NCBI GenBank assembly: GCA_964474445.1 | Contig: CAYYSJ010000003.1 | Coordinates: 17,597-81,596 of the forward strand | Reading direction: 5' to 3' | From: an uncultured Gammaproteobacteria bacterium | GTDB taxonomy: Bacteria > Patescibacteriota > Microgenomatia > Levybacterales > UBA12049 | Length of the DNA stretch: 64,000 bases | In this document: piece by piece, positions 1 through 9,508 of the stretch | How positions within the stretch are numbered: position 1 is the first letter of the stretch | How the letters are laid out: each line of letters begins with the position of its first letter | Notes under the pieces: model-generated | The model's input: the letters and a program-made list of their open reading frames with translations, nothing else | Databases searched by the model: none | Told to the model about the DNA's origin: nothing | Position numbers and translations under genes: made by a program

Positions 1-1
1 T

Positions 2-580
2 TTCTGGTTTGCCAAGACCCTTTACATCTATCCAAGGCTCACCAGTTTTTTCATCTTCCTTAACTCTTGGAACAAGATTGAGTTCATCGTTACTGATAAT
101 AAGTAGTGAATCAGAAGTGAGAGCCTTCCTGAGTGATTGCATCTCACCAGAGCCGTCTCGTCTTGCTTGCATAATTTGAGTTTCGGCACTAATAATTTTT
201 GATTGAGCAGCGATAAATACGTCTGGGTCGTGTGCCTCATCTACTGCAGAGAGTCTCATGACAGGAATATTTTCATGCACAGATTCTTGAATAATTTGCT
301 GTAAATCTTCACGACGGATAGAATTTTGTCCTGCATACAAAACTGCTGAAAGGGTCTGGTTACCGATGGGTTCTGTGGGTAGTAGGAGAGGTTGATGTTC
401 GGTAAGTGTTTCATGAACCCTTGATAAAAGAGCCGGATAATCAGTATAGGTATGAAGAGGATGGAGTTCGGATAGTGCTTGAGAGAGTCTTTGTTCGCGT
501 GAAGAAAGTGCAGATAATCTGCCTTGGTGTTCTCTTGGTTGCGGTGGAGGGGTAACGGCCCTGCTTTGAACCTTTTCCAT
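2..580 (-). CDS. Partial, divergent Maf-like (Maf/HAM1 superfamily) nucleotide pyrophosphatase with an N-terminal extension; runs off the left edge
   Basis: Hand translation from ATG 580 (not in the ORF track) is open to the edge. VLYAGQNSIRREDLQ resembles Maf ILAS.SPRR.ELL, followed by VDEAHDP, LLIISNDE (~IGADT) and GLGKPE (~ILGKP). Confidence 0.55.
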   Translation of the reverse strand, partial: MEKVQSRAVTPPPQPREHQGRLSALSSREQRLSQALSELHPLHTYTDYPALLSRVHETLTEHQPLLLPTEPIGNQTLSAVLYAGQNSIRREDLQQIIQESVHENIPVMRLSAVDEAHDPDVFIAAQSKIISAETQIMQARRDGSGEMQSLRKALTSDSLLIISNDELNLVPRVKEDEKTGEPWIDVKGLGKPE

Positions 581-1042
581 AGGATCACGTCAAATAGTAA
601 AAGTGCTTACTTTTGCGCGCAAAGTGGGAGAAAGAACGACAAACAAAACTGAAGTTTTGGGGTTTCACAATTCATTTTACTTGTGAGGCTAGGAAGCTGT
701 CAATAAACCAAAAATGCTATGGGATTGACTAAAGACCTATAATGTGTTAAAATTACTCATGGAGCCTAAAAAACTTCACTTTTATAGACTAATTTCTTAT
801 TTTCTCCTGATCTTCTGCGGCCAAAAAATCCTTTCGTCATTGCGAGTACAATGCACCGCTTCAAAGAAGCTAGTCCTCTTGGGGGAAAACAATCTGTTTT
901 CTTTTTTTGTTCGAGCAACGTCGAGAACTATTTCCTTTATCATTTCTGGATTTCCAATGTGCCAATACTTTTAATGCATTTTCAAAAAGAAAGGAGATGA
1001 AGAAAAATAACAAAAAGAATAGAAAATAGTACTTATTTTGAA

Positions 1043-1420
1043 ATGACACCAGAAGAACGTGCTAAAAAAGCTGCGCAACTTGCAGAACAATCAGCACAAT
1101 TTGCAGCACAAAGTCCGAGAGATCGAGAGATTACTGCCATGTTTGTAACACTTGTGGAGCAAATTGGCCTTCCAATCTCTGCTGAATCTATTGCGGCTGC
1201 AGTCACCTCTGGTCTTTTGGCAGAAGAGCGGGCAGTGCGACCTGGAGGATTCGGAGATGTCACCTTTCCTGGTGATGCTAGTAATCTTCCTTATGAAAAG
1301 AGTGCTTTAGCACAAGGTGGTCTTGGAGGAACAAGAAAGATGGTCCATCAGACAAGTGGCAGAGTTCCACAAGGGAACTGGCAGGTAATAAGACCAGACG
1401 CAGAAGGGAAAAATCAATAA
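1043..1420 (+). CDS. Hypothetical protein (125 aa)
   Basis: ORF with protein-like composition, followed by a strong hairpin; no recognisable motif. Confidence 0.6.
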   Translation: MTPEERAKKAAQLAEQSAQFAAQSPRDREITAMFVTLVEQIGLPISAESIAAAVTSGLLAEERAVRPGGFGDVTFPGDASNLPYEKSALAQGGLGGTRKMVHQTSGRVPQGNWQVIRPDAEGKNQ

Positions 1421-1433
1421 CGTTTGAGATAAA

Positions 1434-1469
1434 GCAAAGAAGTTCCGACTATGTTCGGAGCTTCTTTGC
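1434..1469 (+). terminator. Strong hairpin, probable terminator
   Basis: GCAAAGAAGTTCCGA-ctatgt-TCGGAGCTTCTTTGC, a 15-bp stem with one G-U pair; no clear U-tract. Confidence 0.5.
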
Positions 1470-1674
1470 GAGTCAAATCTTAATACTTTCATCAGCATTT
1501 AATACTCTTGTCAGCATGATACAGTAAAGTACTCTTTACTACATCCAGTAGGCACAACCTCCTCCTTCAAATTGCATAATTTTCCTCTGAAGAACTTTCT
1601 GGGGATATGGTCCGACTCACATGGATGTAGTTGACAACGTCTGCAATTACATTACAATAGCTAAGGGCTTTTTT

Positions 1675-4026
1675 ATGAGATCTCCTACATTATCAAAACG
1701 AATTAACTACATAGTAGACAGTAAACACTCATCTGCAAGTCGTATTATTCCATTCGCCACAGGTAACAGAAAAAAAGTTGAAGAACTAGAGGAGCTTGGA
1801 ATTCATGCAGAAGTTGCGCCACATATTAAACCACTAGAGGTTCAAGGTACTCCCGAAGAGGTCCTTCGAGCAAAAGCAAAAGATGCATATGAAAAGAATA
1901 ATGGTATTCCAACACTCGTTGAGGATACTTCCTTTAGTATTGATGATTTAGGTGGTTTTCCAGGAAGTTATGTAAAAGAAGTCTTGGGGACAAGAGAACA
2001 GCGAGAATTCTGGTGCAAAAAAATTAGTGATGAAAATAGGGGGGTAACATTTCGAGTGGGACTTGCAATCTTTGATGGACAAGAAGTGCAAGAGAGGTGG
2101 GGAGAAACTCGAGGATCGATTGCCGAGGCACCCCTTGGTCCTGCGAGCTTTGCGTTTGATGATATTTTTATTCCTGAAGGTGCAAAGAAAACATATGCAC
2201 AAATGACACTTCAGGAAAAAATGAAAACGTCTCCTCGAGCAAAAGCATACCATGCACTGGTCAAAAAACCGTTTTCTTTTGGGGGAGAAATCTGGCAATT
2301 GCAAGAGCCGATGGAGTTCATGCTGCGCAGGATAAATCTGTCAGAATTAGCCAAACATTCTGATGCGGTCAATTTTGCATATAGTTTGGATGTGTTACAA
2401 AAAGCAGGAGTAAAGCCACAAAAAACATTCGAAGTTGAAAAAATTGCACCCTATTATAAAAGGATCTATGCGCAGGGAGCAGTAATTGAATACACCCTTG
2501 ATCCCACGTCTTCTGGTATGGGACTGGTGTTGTTATCAGAAGTTGATTTAAAGACAATTCCTACAGAAGAGGGGAGAAAACCTCTTCGACTTGATGTAAA
2601 GATATTTGAAAACCCAGAAAATCCTGAGATGCCGTATGTTGAACCACTCCTTTTTCAAATGGGTCCAAAAGCAATGAAAGTTGCTCTTGCATCTCGTGCT
2701 GCAGAATTTATCGACATGCATTCTCCTGATATGCATCAGTATATTCGAGATTTACTTTCAGGACGTGTTCCTCATGTGGCCAGAACAAATACCAGATCGG
2801 AAGTGCTGGAAGACATTTTAGGAATGAAAGTACATACAGACGAGCACGGGACACATACTGTTATTGACTCTGCCTATGTTGCAATAGCAACAAAGGAGTT
2901 AGGGTATAAAAGAGAGTCTCACACTGATACATTAAGCCGCAAAACTGCAACAAAAGGGACTCTTCTGTTAGGTCCTGATGGCGTTGTTTCTGGCCTTTTT
3001 GCATATGGAGGAATGCCTCCTGTGACTGGTTCAGTTGATAGTGTGGTAACAGCGGCGATGTCCTACATGCGGGTATGGATTCCTCGAAATGGTGTTTTCG
3101 CTGGCAATTTTGAAAGACAACTTGGTCTTTTTAAAGAAGCAAAGAAAAAGATCGCATCATTCGGCTTGCCAAAAGATATTGAGGAGCAGGTTATCAAACA
3201 AATTGGCATTGCTGTTGGATGCGAGAATCCGGAACATATTGCTCAGGATGTCAAAAGATTCAAACGGGCAGGGGGACATGCTGTTCGTATTTATACAACT
3301 AATCCTGATATTCGTATTGTTGAGACAGCAGAAGCGATATACCAGGCAGTTGGTGACGATTTCCTCATTTGCGTTGGCCCAGTAACTGATGCAGCACAGG
3401 CAAAACTTCTGCATACACGAGGACATGTGAGGATGTTTTTGATTGGTCATGGTGGAGGAGAAAATTGTACCTCTCTTACTGCAGGAGGTGCAGCAAATTC
3501 GATAGAAATTTTATATGAAATGTACTTGGATAAACTGTTCAATGATAGTCTGATTGGTCTTGAAGGGGGGACGGGAACAACGATTGGAGCACTCCTTCCT
3601 ATGCTTGATGTGATATCCCTCAATAGACGTGGATCAGGAGGTATTGAATGTACAGGTGGCTTATATGCCAAGAAACATGTTCATGGACAGGAGGTTCCCG
3701 TTTTGCCTTATCATGGGAGTGCCAGTGCGGTGACACAACTTATTGAAAGTTATATGGATCCTGAGATTGCGAACAGGAGATTGGGACTTGATGGAATAGT
3801 CCGAGCAGTTGAAGGAAAGCCAAATTATATGGTGATGAGTGATCCTGCTCGAAGTAACGTCAACCGCATTCGAGAATCCCGATCCTATGCTGGACTTGCG
3901 TTAGCAGATCAGCAGGCAATGAGTGTCTATCAGCTTCGTAAGAAGGTTGCCCAACATGGACATAATCATGTTGGTATTTCTTCAGCATCAAGTGTGGTTG
4001 CTAACGAGCATAGAAGTGGTATCTGA
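1675..4026 (+). CDS. Fusion of a HAM1/RdgB-type ITPase, an unknown middle region and an IMPDH/GMP-reductase-like TIM barrel
   Basis: N-terminal ATGNRKK, EVQG, VEDTS, GFPGSYVK, FDDIF, EK..TSPR. C-terminal IGHGGGENCTS (~GIGPGSICTT), LEGG, YHGSAS, VEGK. Start could be 1621. Confidence 0.75.
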   Translation: MRSPTLSKRINYIVDSKHSSASRIIPFATGNRKKVEELEELGIHAEVAPHIKPLEVQGTPEEVLRAKAKDAYEKNNGIPTLVEDTSFSIDDLGGFPGSYVKEVLGTREQREFWCKKISDENRGVTFRVGLAIFDGQEVQERWGETRGSIAEAPLGPASFAFDDIFIPEGAKKTYAQMTLQEKMKTSPRAKAYHALVKKPFSFGGEIWQLQEPMEFMLRRINLSELAKHSDAVNFAYSLDVLQKAGVKPQKTFEVEKIAPYYKRIYAQGAVIEYTLDPTSSGMGLVLLSEVDLKTIPTEEGRKPLRLDVKIFENPENPEMPYVEPLLFQMGPKAMKVALASRAAEFIDMHSPDMHQYIRDLLSGRVPHVARTNTRSEVLEDILGMKVHTDEHGTHTVIDSAYVAIATKELGYKRESHTDTLSRKTATKGTLLLGPDGVVSGLFAYGGMPPVTGSVDSVVTAAMSYMRVWIPRNGVFAGNFERQLGLFKEAKKKIASFGLPKDIEEQVIKQIGIAVGCENPEHIAQDVKRFKRAGGHAVRIYTTNPDIRIVETAEAIYQAVGDDFLICVGPVTDAAQAKLLHTRGHVRMFLIGHGGGENCTSLTAGGAANSIEILYEMYLDKLFNDSLIGLEGGTGTTIGALLPMLDVISLNRRGSGGIECTGGLYAKKHVHGQEVPVLPYHGSASAVTQLIESYMDPEIANRRLGLDGIVRAVEGKPNYMVMSDPARSNVNRIRESRSYAGLALADQQAMSVYQLRKKVAQHGHNHVGISSASSVVANEHRSGI

Positions 4027-4109
4027 TATTCATGATGTGTATTGTTCACGTTTGTTCTAAAAAATCCTACTTGTACAGGTAGGTATTATTATCTATAGTG
4101 ATTGTCATC

Positions 4110-5438
4110 ATGATGAAACATCTTCAAAAAACCGATCCGCAAGTCTACAAACTCATCAAGGGAGAAGAAGAGCGCCAAAAAGATGTGTTAGAAATGATTC
4201 CTTCAGAAAATTATACATCCCAAGCTGTTATTGAGACATTAGGATCAGTTCTCACCAATAAATATTCAGAAGGATACCCTCGAAAACGATATTATCAGGG
4301 AAATGAAGTGATTGATAGTGTTGAAGAATTAGCACAAGAGCGAGCAAAAGAGCTTTTTGGTGTGCCCTATGTGAATGTCCAACCATATTCAGGAAGTCCA
4401 GCGAATGCGGCCATTTATATGGCTGTACTGCGTCCAGGACAAAAGTTAATGGGGCTTGCCCTTGATCATGGAGGACACATTACTCACGGACTTGAAGTGA
4501 TTGGGTTCTCCGGTACTTTTTATAAAACAGCTCATTATCATGTGAGTTCAAAAACACGACAACTGGATTATGATGAAGTGGAGAAAGAAGTCCTCAAAGA
4601 AAAGCCTGATCTCCTTATTTGTGGATTTACCGCATATCCTCGCATTATTAACTGGGCACGGTTTAGAGAAATTGCAGACAAAGCAGGGTGCTACCTTATG
4701 GCTGATATATCACATATCACAGGTTTGGTAATAGGAGGAGCCCATCCATCCCCAGTGCCTTTTGTTGATGTTGTGATGACAACAACTCATAAAACACTCC
4801 GCGGTCCACGAGGAGCAATGATTATGGTGACAGAAAGAGGTCTACAAAAAGATCCTGACTTACCAAAACGCATTAACACGGCTGTTTTCCCAGGATTACA
4901 AGGAGGGCCACATGACAACCAGACGGCAGCGATTGCTGTTGCACTCAAAGAAGCATCCTCAGCGAGTTTTAAAAAATATGCAGTACAAATTGTAAAGAAT
5001 GCAAAGAAATTAGCAGAAGAATTGGTAAAAGGTGGACTTGAACCAGTATCTGGTGGAACAGATAATCATTTGATTTTGGTAGATTTACAGAATAAACAGG
5101 TGAGTGGAAAAATTGCAGCAGAAGCACTTGAGGCAGCAGGGGTAGTCCTCAATTACAATTTAGTACCTTATGATCCAATGCCTCCTATGTATACATCAGG
5201 TATTCGTATGGGCACTCCTGCTATCACAACTCGAGGGCTTAAAGAGAGAGATATGGTAAAGGTTGCTGATTGGATAGTGAGGGCAATAAAAGAAGTTGAA
5301 GGATATTCACTTCCTGAGGATAAAGAAAAAAGACAAGAGTTAGTCAAAGAATATCGAGCAAAAATTGCAAAAAATAAAAATCTTCAAAAAATTGCCCAGG
5401 AAGTAAAATCATTCCTCAAAAAATTCCCAGTCCCATAA
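4110..5438 (+). CDS. glyA: Serine hydroxymethyltransferase
   Basis: IPSENY, NKYSEGYP, TTTHKTLRGPRG, FPGLQGGP motifs. Confidence 0.97.
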   Translation: MMKHLQKTDPQVYKLIKGEEERQKDVLEMIPSENYTSQAVIETLGSVLTNKYSEGYPRKRYYQGNEVIDSVEELAQERAKELFGVPYVNVQPYSGSPANAAIYMAVLRPGQKLMGLALDHGGHITHGLEVIGFSGTFYKTAHYHVSSKTRQLDYDEVEKEVLKEKPDLLICGFTAYPRIINWARFREIADKAGCYLMADISHITGLVIGGAHPSPVPFVDVVMTTTHKTLRGPRGAMIMVTERGLQKDPDLPKRINTAVFPGLQGGPHDNQTAAIAVALKEASSASFKKYAVQIVKNAKKLAEELVKGGLEPVSGGTDNHLILVDLQNKQVSGKIAAEALEAAGVVLNYNLVPYDPMPPMYTSGIRMGTPAITTRGLKERDMVKVADWIVRAIKEVEGYSLPEDKEKRQELVKEYRAKIAKNKNLQKIAQEVKSFLKKFPVP

Positions 5439-5518
5439 ATTTTCTTGTTTTTTAAATAATCTCTTATATTTTCCTCTTGACTACTAAAAAAATCCTGATA
5501 TAGTACATATCTATTACC

Positions 5519-5767
5519 ATGAGCATTGTTAGAGAAACACCACATGATCCTTCAGAAGGAGACACTTTTGTAAATTATACTAGAGACGAATTCGATAGGT
5601 ATTCTTCAGGAGGAGATCGAAGGCGAAATCCATCTTTAGGTGATGCAAGACGTGCTAATAGAGAGACCGCAGCTGCTTTAGTTGGCGGAGATGTGCCTGT
5701 GGCAAAGAGAAATAGACTACAAAGGGAAGCTATTGTTCGCCGTCCTTTTACAAGTAATAGAGGCTAA
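5519..5767 (+). CDS. Small hypothetical protein
   Basis: 82-aa ORF preceded by TTGACT...TATAGT promoter-like elements. Confidence 0.5.
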   Translation: MSIVRETPHDPSEGDTFVNYTRDEFDRYSSGGDRRRNPSLGDARRANRETAAALVGGDVPVAKRNRLQREAIVRRPFTSNRG

Positions 5768-5861
5768 TTTTTTTATTACTCTCATGGATTTCCTCATATT
5801 CAGTAATTCTCAGCAAACTTATTGAAAAGATATAAGACCTTATAGTATAATAGCGTGTATT

Positions 5862-6071
5862 ATGGCAAAAAGAACGAGAAGAGTTAGCGAAGGTTCTGTT
5901 CCTTCTGGAACTATGGATTTCTTTTCTCTGTTGGACCGAACAGAACATGAACAAACGGGGAGAGCTGCCTATAAAGAAAGAAAAGGCCCAGATGGTTTAC
6001 ATAGTGAAGCGTTGGAAGCATATGATCAAGCGGGAGCTATAGACCGTTATAGGGAGAGAAATGGAATATAA
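5862..6071 (+). CDS. Small hypothetical protein
   Basis: 69-aa ORF with TATAAT just upstream. Confidence 0.5.
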   Translation: MAKRTRRVSEGSVPSGTMDFFSLLDRTEHEQTGRAAYKERKGPDGLHSEALEAYDQAGAIDRYRERNGI

Positions 6072-6122
6072 TTCCATTATTGTTTTCTCTCCTCACTTTT
6101 GGTAAAATATACTCATTATACA

Positions 6123-6170
6123 TACTCAGTGAATATAATCCTTGATTACTACATGCACTGAGTAGAGGAA
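6123..6170 (+). promoter_or_regulatory. Putative rpsB 5' leader hairpin (S2 autoregulatory element candidate)
   Basis: TACTCAGTG (6123-31) pairs with CACTGAGTA (6156-64), with an inner TAATC/GATTA stem, then GAGG. Extended -10 TGgTAAAAT at 6100-6108. Confidence 0.45.
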
Positions 6171-6186
6171 TAAAGGATTATTTATT

Positions 6187-7020
6187 ATGAAAGCTATTTC
6201 ACTTGAAGAACTTCTCGAAGCAGGTTGCCATTTTGGCCACCAAGTAACACGACAAAATCCAAAAGCACGAGAATTTGTTTTCGAATCACGAGACAATATT
6301 CATATTATTGACCTTGCTAAAACCAAAGAAGGTTTAGAAGAGGCAGCACAATTCTTACTTGAAACAGCAAAAAAACCAGAAAGCACTCTCCTTATTGTTG
6401 GTACAAAAAGACAAGCAGTTCCAATTCTTGAAGAAGAACTTAATAGAGTAAAAGGTGAGACTCCACTTGGTATTTTCACTGTTACCAAAAGATGGATGGG
6501 TGGAACCCTTACCAATACTCTTGCAATTGCAAAAAATTACGCACGGCTGAAGGAATTAAAAGAAAAACTTCATACTGATGAATGGAAAGCAAAATACACG
6601 AAGAAAGAGCTCATGCTTTTTGATCGAGAAATGCAAAAATTGGGAGAGTACTACGGTGGTATTGCTGACATGAAAAAACTTCCTGATGCACTTTTTGTTA
6701 TTGATACTCATACTGAAGATTTAGCTGTAAGAGAAGCACGACGAATGAGAATTCCAGTTGCTGGTATCGTTGACACCAATGCAGATCCAGACTTAGTTGA
6801 TTATGTTATTCCAGCAAATGATGATGCTGTTGGATCCTTAAAACTTCTTATCAGCTACATTCTTGATGCATGGGTAGAAGGAAAGACAGGAAAAGAAGTC
6901 AAAGCAGAGAAAAAAGAAGTAAAAAAAGAAGAGATAGTTGAAGAAAAAGCTGACGAAAAGGAAGAGACAGTAAAAGAAGAAAAACCAGCAAAGAAAGCTA
7001 CAAAGAAAGCAGAAAAATAA
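6187..7020 (+). CDS. rpsB: 30S ribosomal protein S2 with a K/E-rich tail
   Basis: LLEAGCHFGH, RWMGGTLTN, VDTNADP, IPANDDA. Confidence 0.98.
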   Translation: MKAISLEELLEAGCHFGHQVTRQNPKAREFVFESRDNIHIIDLAKTKEGLEEAAQFLLETAKKPESTLLIVGTKRQAVPILEEELNRVKGETPLGIFTVTKRWMGGTLTNTLAIAKNYARLKELKEKLHTDEWKAKYTKKELMLFDREMQKLGEYYGGIADMKKLPDALFVIDTHTEDLAVREARRMRIPVAGIVDTNADPDLVDYVIPANDDAVGSLKLLISYILDAWVEGKTGKEVKAEKKEVKKEEIVEEKADEKEETVKEEKPAKKATKKAEK

Positions 7021-7021
7021 T

Positions 7022-7474
7022 ATGGCAGTTGATATTAAACTCATCAAAAAACTCCGAGATGAAACCAGTATTTCTGTGTCTGAAGTCAGACAAGCTCTTG
7101 AAGAGGCAAACAATGATTACAATAAAGCATTAGAAATTCTCAAGAGTAAAGCAGCAGAAAAAGCAGCTAAGAAGGCAGATAGGGAAACAGGAGAAGGAAT
7201 TGTTGAAGCATATATTCATGGTGGTGGGAAAATCGGCGTTATGGTGATGCTCTTGTCTGAAACAGATTTCGTTGCGAGAACTGATGAATTTAAACAGTTA
7301 GCTCATGAAATAGCCATGCAAGTTGCTGCAATGGACCCAAAAGATGTTACTGAACTTCTTCAACAGGAATTTATTAAAGATCCTTCAAAGACAATTGAAC
7401 AAATGGTGAAGGAAGCAATCCACAAAACAGGCGAAAATATTGTAGTGAAAAAATTCGAGAGATTTGCTATATAA
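7022..7474 (+). CDS. tsf: Elongation factor Ts, short form
   Basis: IKKLRDET, SETDFVART, GENIVVKKFERF; follows rpsB. Confidence 0.96.
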   Translation: MAVDIKLIKKLRDETSISVSEVRQALEEANNDYNKALEILKSKAAEKAAKKADRETGEGIVEAYIHGGGKIGVMVMLLSETDFVARTDEFKQLAHEIAMQVAAMDPKDVTELLQQEFIKDPSKTIEQMVKEAIHKTGENIVVKKFERFAI

Positions 7475-7484
7475 TAGAAAAGAT

Positions 7485-8036
7485 ATGGATCCAGTACTTC
7501 AGGAAACCTCTTCTCGCATGCATAAGGTCCTCGACCTTCTTAAACAAGATTTAGCAACCATTCGTACCGGTCGTGCAATGCCATCTTTAGTTGAAAATAT
7601 TATCATCAATGCATATGGTGGCAGTGCAAAACTCAAAGTCGTGGAAATGGCTACAATCCATGCTCAGGATTTGCAGACACTTGTTATTACTCCTTTTGAC
7701 CAATCAACGATTCACGAACTAGAGAAGGGAATTCAGGAAGCAAATATTGGCCTCAATCCTGTTGTTGATACACCAATTGTCAGAATTACCATCCCACCAC
7801 TTTCTCAAGAAAGACGACAAGAACTGATTCATCTTATGAAACAAAAATTGGAAAATGGCCGAATTATGGTCAGGCAAGCTCGCCAAGACGGGATGAATGA
7901 GATTAAGAAAAATGAAGAATTATCAGAAGATGAAACAGCACGGCTTGAAAAGGAAGTACAAAAAGCAACTGATGATGCAATGGGTCAAATAGAAGCAATG
8001 GGGAAGCAAAAAGAAGAAGAACTCCTCCAAATCTAA
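7485..8036 (+). CDS. frr: Ribosome recycling factor
   Basis: IRTGRA, IPPLSQERRQEL, EKEVQKATD. Confidence 0.97.
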   Translation: MDPVLQETSSRMHKVLDLLKQDLATIRTGRAMPSLVENIIINAYGGSAKLKVVEMATIHAQDLQTLVITPFDQSTIHELEKGIQEANIGLNPVVDTPIVRITIPPLSQERRQELIHLMKQKLENGRIMVRQARQDGMNEIKKNEELSEDETARLEKEVQKATDDAMGQIEAMGKQKEEELLQI

Positions 8037-8073
8037 TTACGACAACTCTTTGATTGAAAAATGAGTTACAAAT

Positions 8074-9009
8074 TTAGGCAGCAGCAACAAGACGTTCTAT
8101 TTCTGCATTGATTCCTTTCATTACTACTTGATTCACTGCAAAATCAATTCCCCAAGTTTTACATTTTTTTCCAAATTTAGCACTTAGTTCTCCTATATGA
8201 GTATTATAGTGTTCATATAGCCTTTTGCTATAGTCGCTAGTACTCTCATTTGGCTTTCTTGTTGGAACTTCAATGTGTTGACGTGAACTTGTAAGATCAA
8301 TAAGAAAAGGAAACATTTCTGAAGTATCTCCTTTACCTACTCGGTGAAAAAGAATATTGCCAGGATTTGGATCTTCGGTCCAATAGCCGTATCTCAAGTA
8401 AAGGGCTACTGCGTCTTGAAATACTGCATGATAGACTTTTTGAGCCCATGCTTTTACATCATCATGAAGAGTATGAAATGTAATCTTTTCGGGTTTCTTC
8501 CTGCCTGGAAGACTCTCGATAAAGCAATATTCTAACGAGTCACCGAAATGTGGACTAATAAAAGCGATTTGCTCAGCGCCGTCAGGCAGAGTAACTGTCT
8601 CCAATCGAAGTTGGTGTGCCAAGTGTCCGACTCCTGCTAACTCCATTGCTCTTTTTTGCATGGTAACGCCCAAACGAAGTTGTTTATCTAATTGTTCGAG
8701 ATGGATTGGGATAGTAGCTCGTTGTTCTGGGGTAAGAGCTGGGAGCATTTTAAGCCATTCTCCTGTGACGGGATTATAACAAATTTCGTACGTGGGAGTA
8801 GCATTTGGCGCAAATTTTTTTTCTGATGCCCCACCTTTAACCGAAAACCATTCTTGTTGTCTGCCATTCATCCTGAGAGTTAATGTCTTTCTCCTACGAA
8901 AGGTATTTACTTCCACATCCTCGGCATGTTGTGATGAATGAAATTCAGGTTTATGGTCGAGTGATTTGAGAATTCTTTCAGGTGGTTCCCCGATACGTTG
9001 TTCTAACAT
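8074..9009 (-). CDS. Protein-kinase-like fold orphan (APH/RIO/Kdo-like motifs)
   Basis: FSVK (putative catalytic Lys), catalytic-loop-like EDPNPGNILF, and DFG-like FLIDL. Confidence 0.55.
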   Translation of the reverse strand: MLEQRIGEPPERILKSLDHKPEFHSSQHAEDVEVNTFRRRKTLTLRMNGRQQEWFSVKGGASEKKFAPNATPTYEICYNPVTGEWLKMLPALTPEQRATIPIHLEQLDKQLRLGVTMQKRAMELAGVGHLAHQLRLETVTLPDGAEQIAFISPHFGDSLEYCFIESLPGRKKPEKITFHTLHDDVKAWAQKVYHAVFQDAVALYLRYGYWTEDPNPGNILFHRVGKGDTSEMFPFLIDLTSSRQHIEVPTRKPNESTSDYSKRLYEHYNTHIGELSAKFGKKCKTWGIDFAVNQVVMKGINAEIERLVAAA

Positions 9010-9083
9010 CTTCTTACATCCCTTTTACTTGTTATTTACTTTTTACATTTACTTTTACTTTATTATCATATATGCTACGGTTA

Positions 9084-9398
9084 ATGTTGCAAAGACTTAA
9101 AAGTTTATTAGCTAAAGTAATGAGAGAAAGAAATGCATGTCAGCAGGGGGAACACGAATACTACTGCGCCCAAAGAAAAGGTCAAGTAGGAGAGGTTATC
9201 CTCTATACGAGGAGATTATCTAAAGACGATGCCGCAAGGGTAATCTCACAACCGGAACTTGCTCAACAAGTGTGTCCAGATGGAGAAGTTATTTGTAGAC
9301 GTTGTCATGAAGGACTTGGTTCCACTACACAACCTTCAGTAAAAACTCTTTTACAGGGGAAAATTCATCCACGTAATCATTTTTCCACTGGGCAATAG
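9084..9398 (+). CDS. Small Cys/His-containing hypothetical protein, possibly metal-binding
   Basis: CQQGEH..YC and CPDGEVICRRCH; TATGCT lies 7 nt before ATG 9084. Confidence 0.45.
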   Translation: MLQRLKSLLAKVMRERNACQQGEHEYYCAQRKGQVGEVILYTRRLSKDDAARVISQPELAQQVCPDGEVICRRCHEGLGSTTQPSVKTLLQGKIHPRNHFSTGQ

Positions 9399-9508
9399 GG
9401 TTTGAAAATTCTAGAAACTTGTAATTTATATTCATTTTGCTATTATAGATAAAGTTTTTCTATAGATCCTGGACACACTTTTGTTTACCAGGGATAATAA
9501 TTTTCACT

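Noticed and set aside
28-588. Track ORFs 28-240 and 256-588 (minus strand)
   Set aside because: They are alternative frames of the longer Maf-like frame that starts at 580 and runs off the window.
744-974. ORF 744-974 (+) and an antisense 48-aa ORF in the same gap
   Set aside because: No motif or convincing start signal; I could not choose between them.
1675-4026. Kongming-type (HAM1-based) antiphage system
   Set aside because: No adenosine deaminase or Sir2 gene nearby; only the HAM1 domain is shared.
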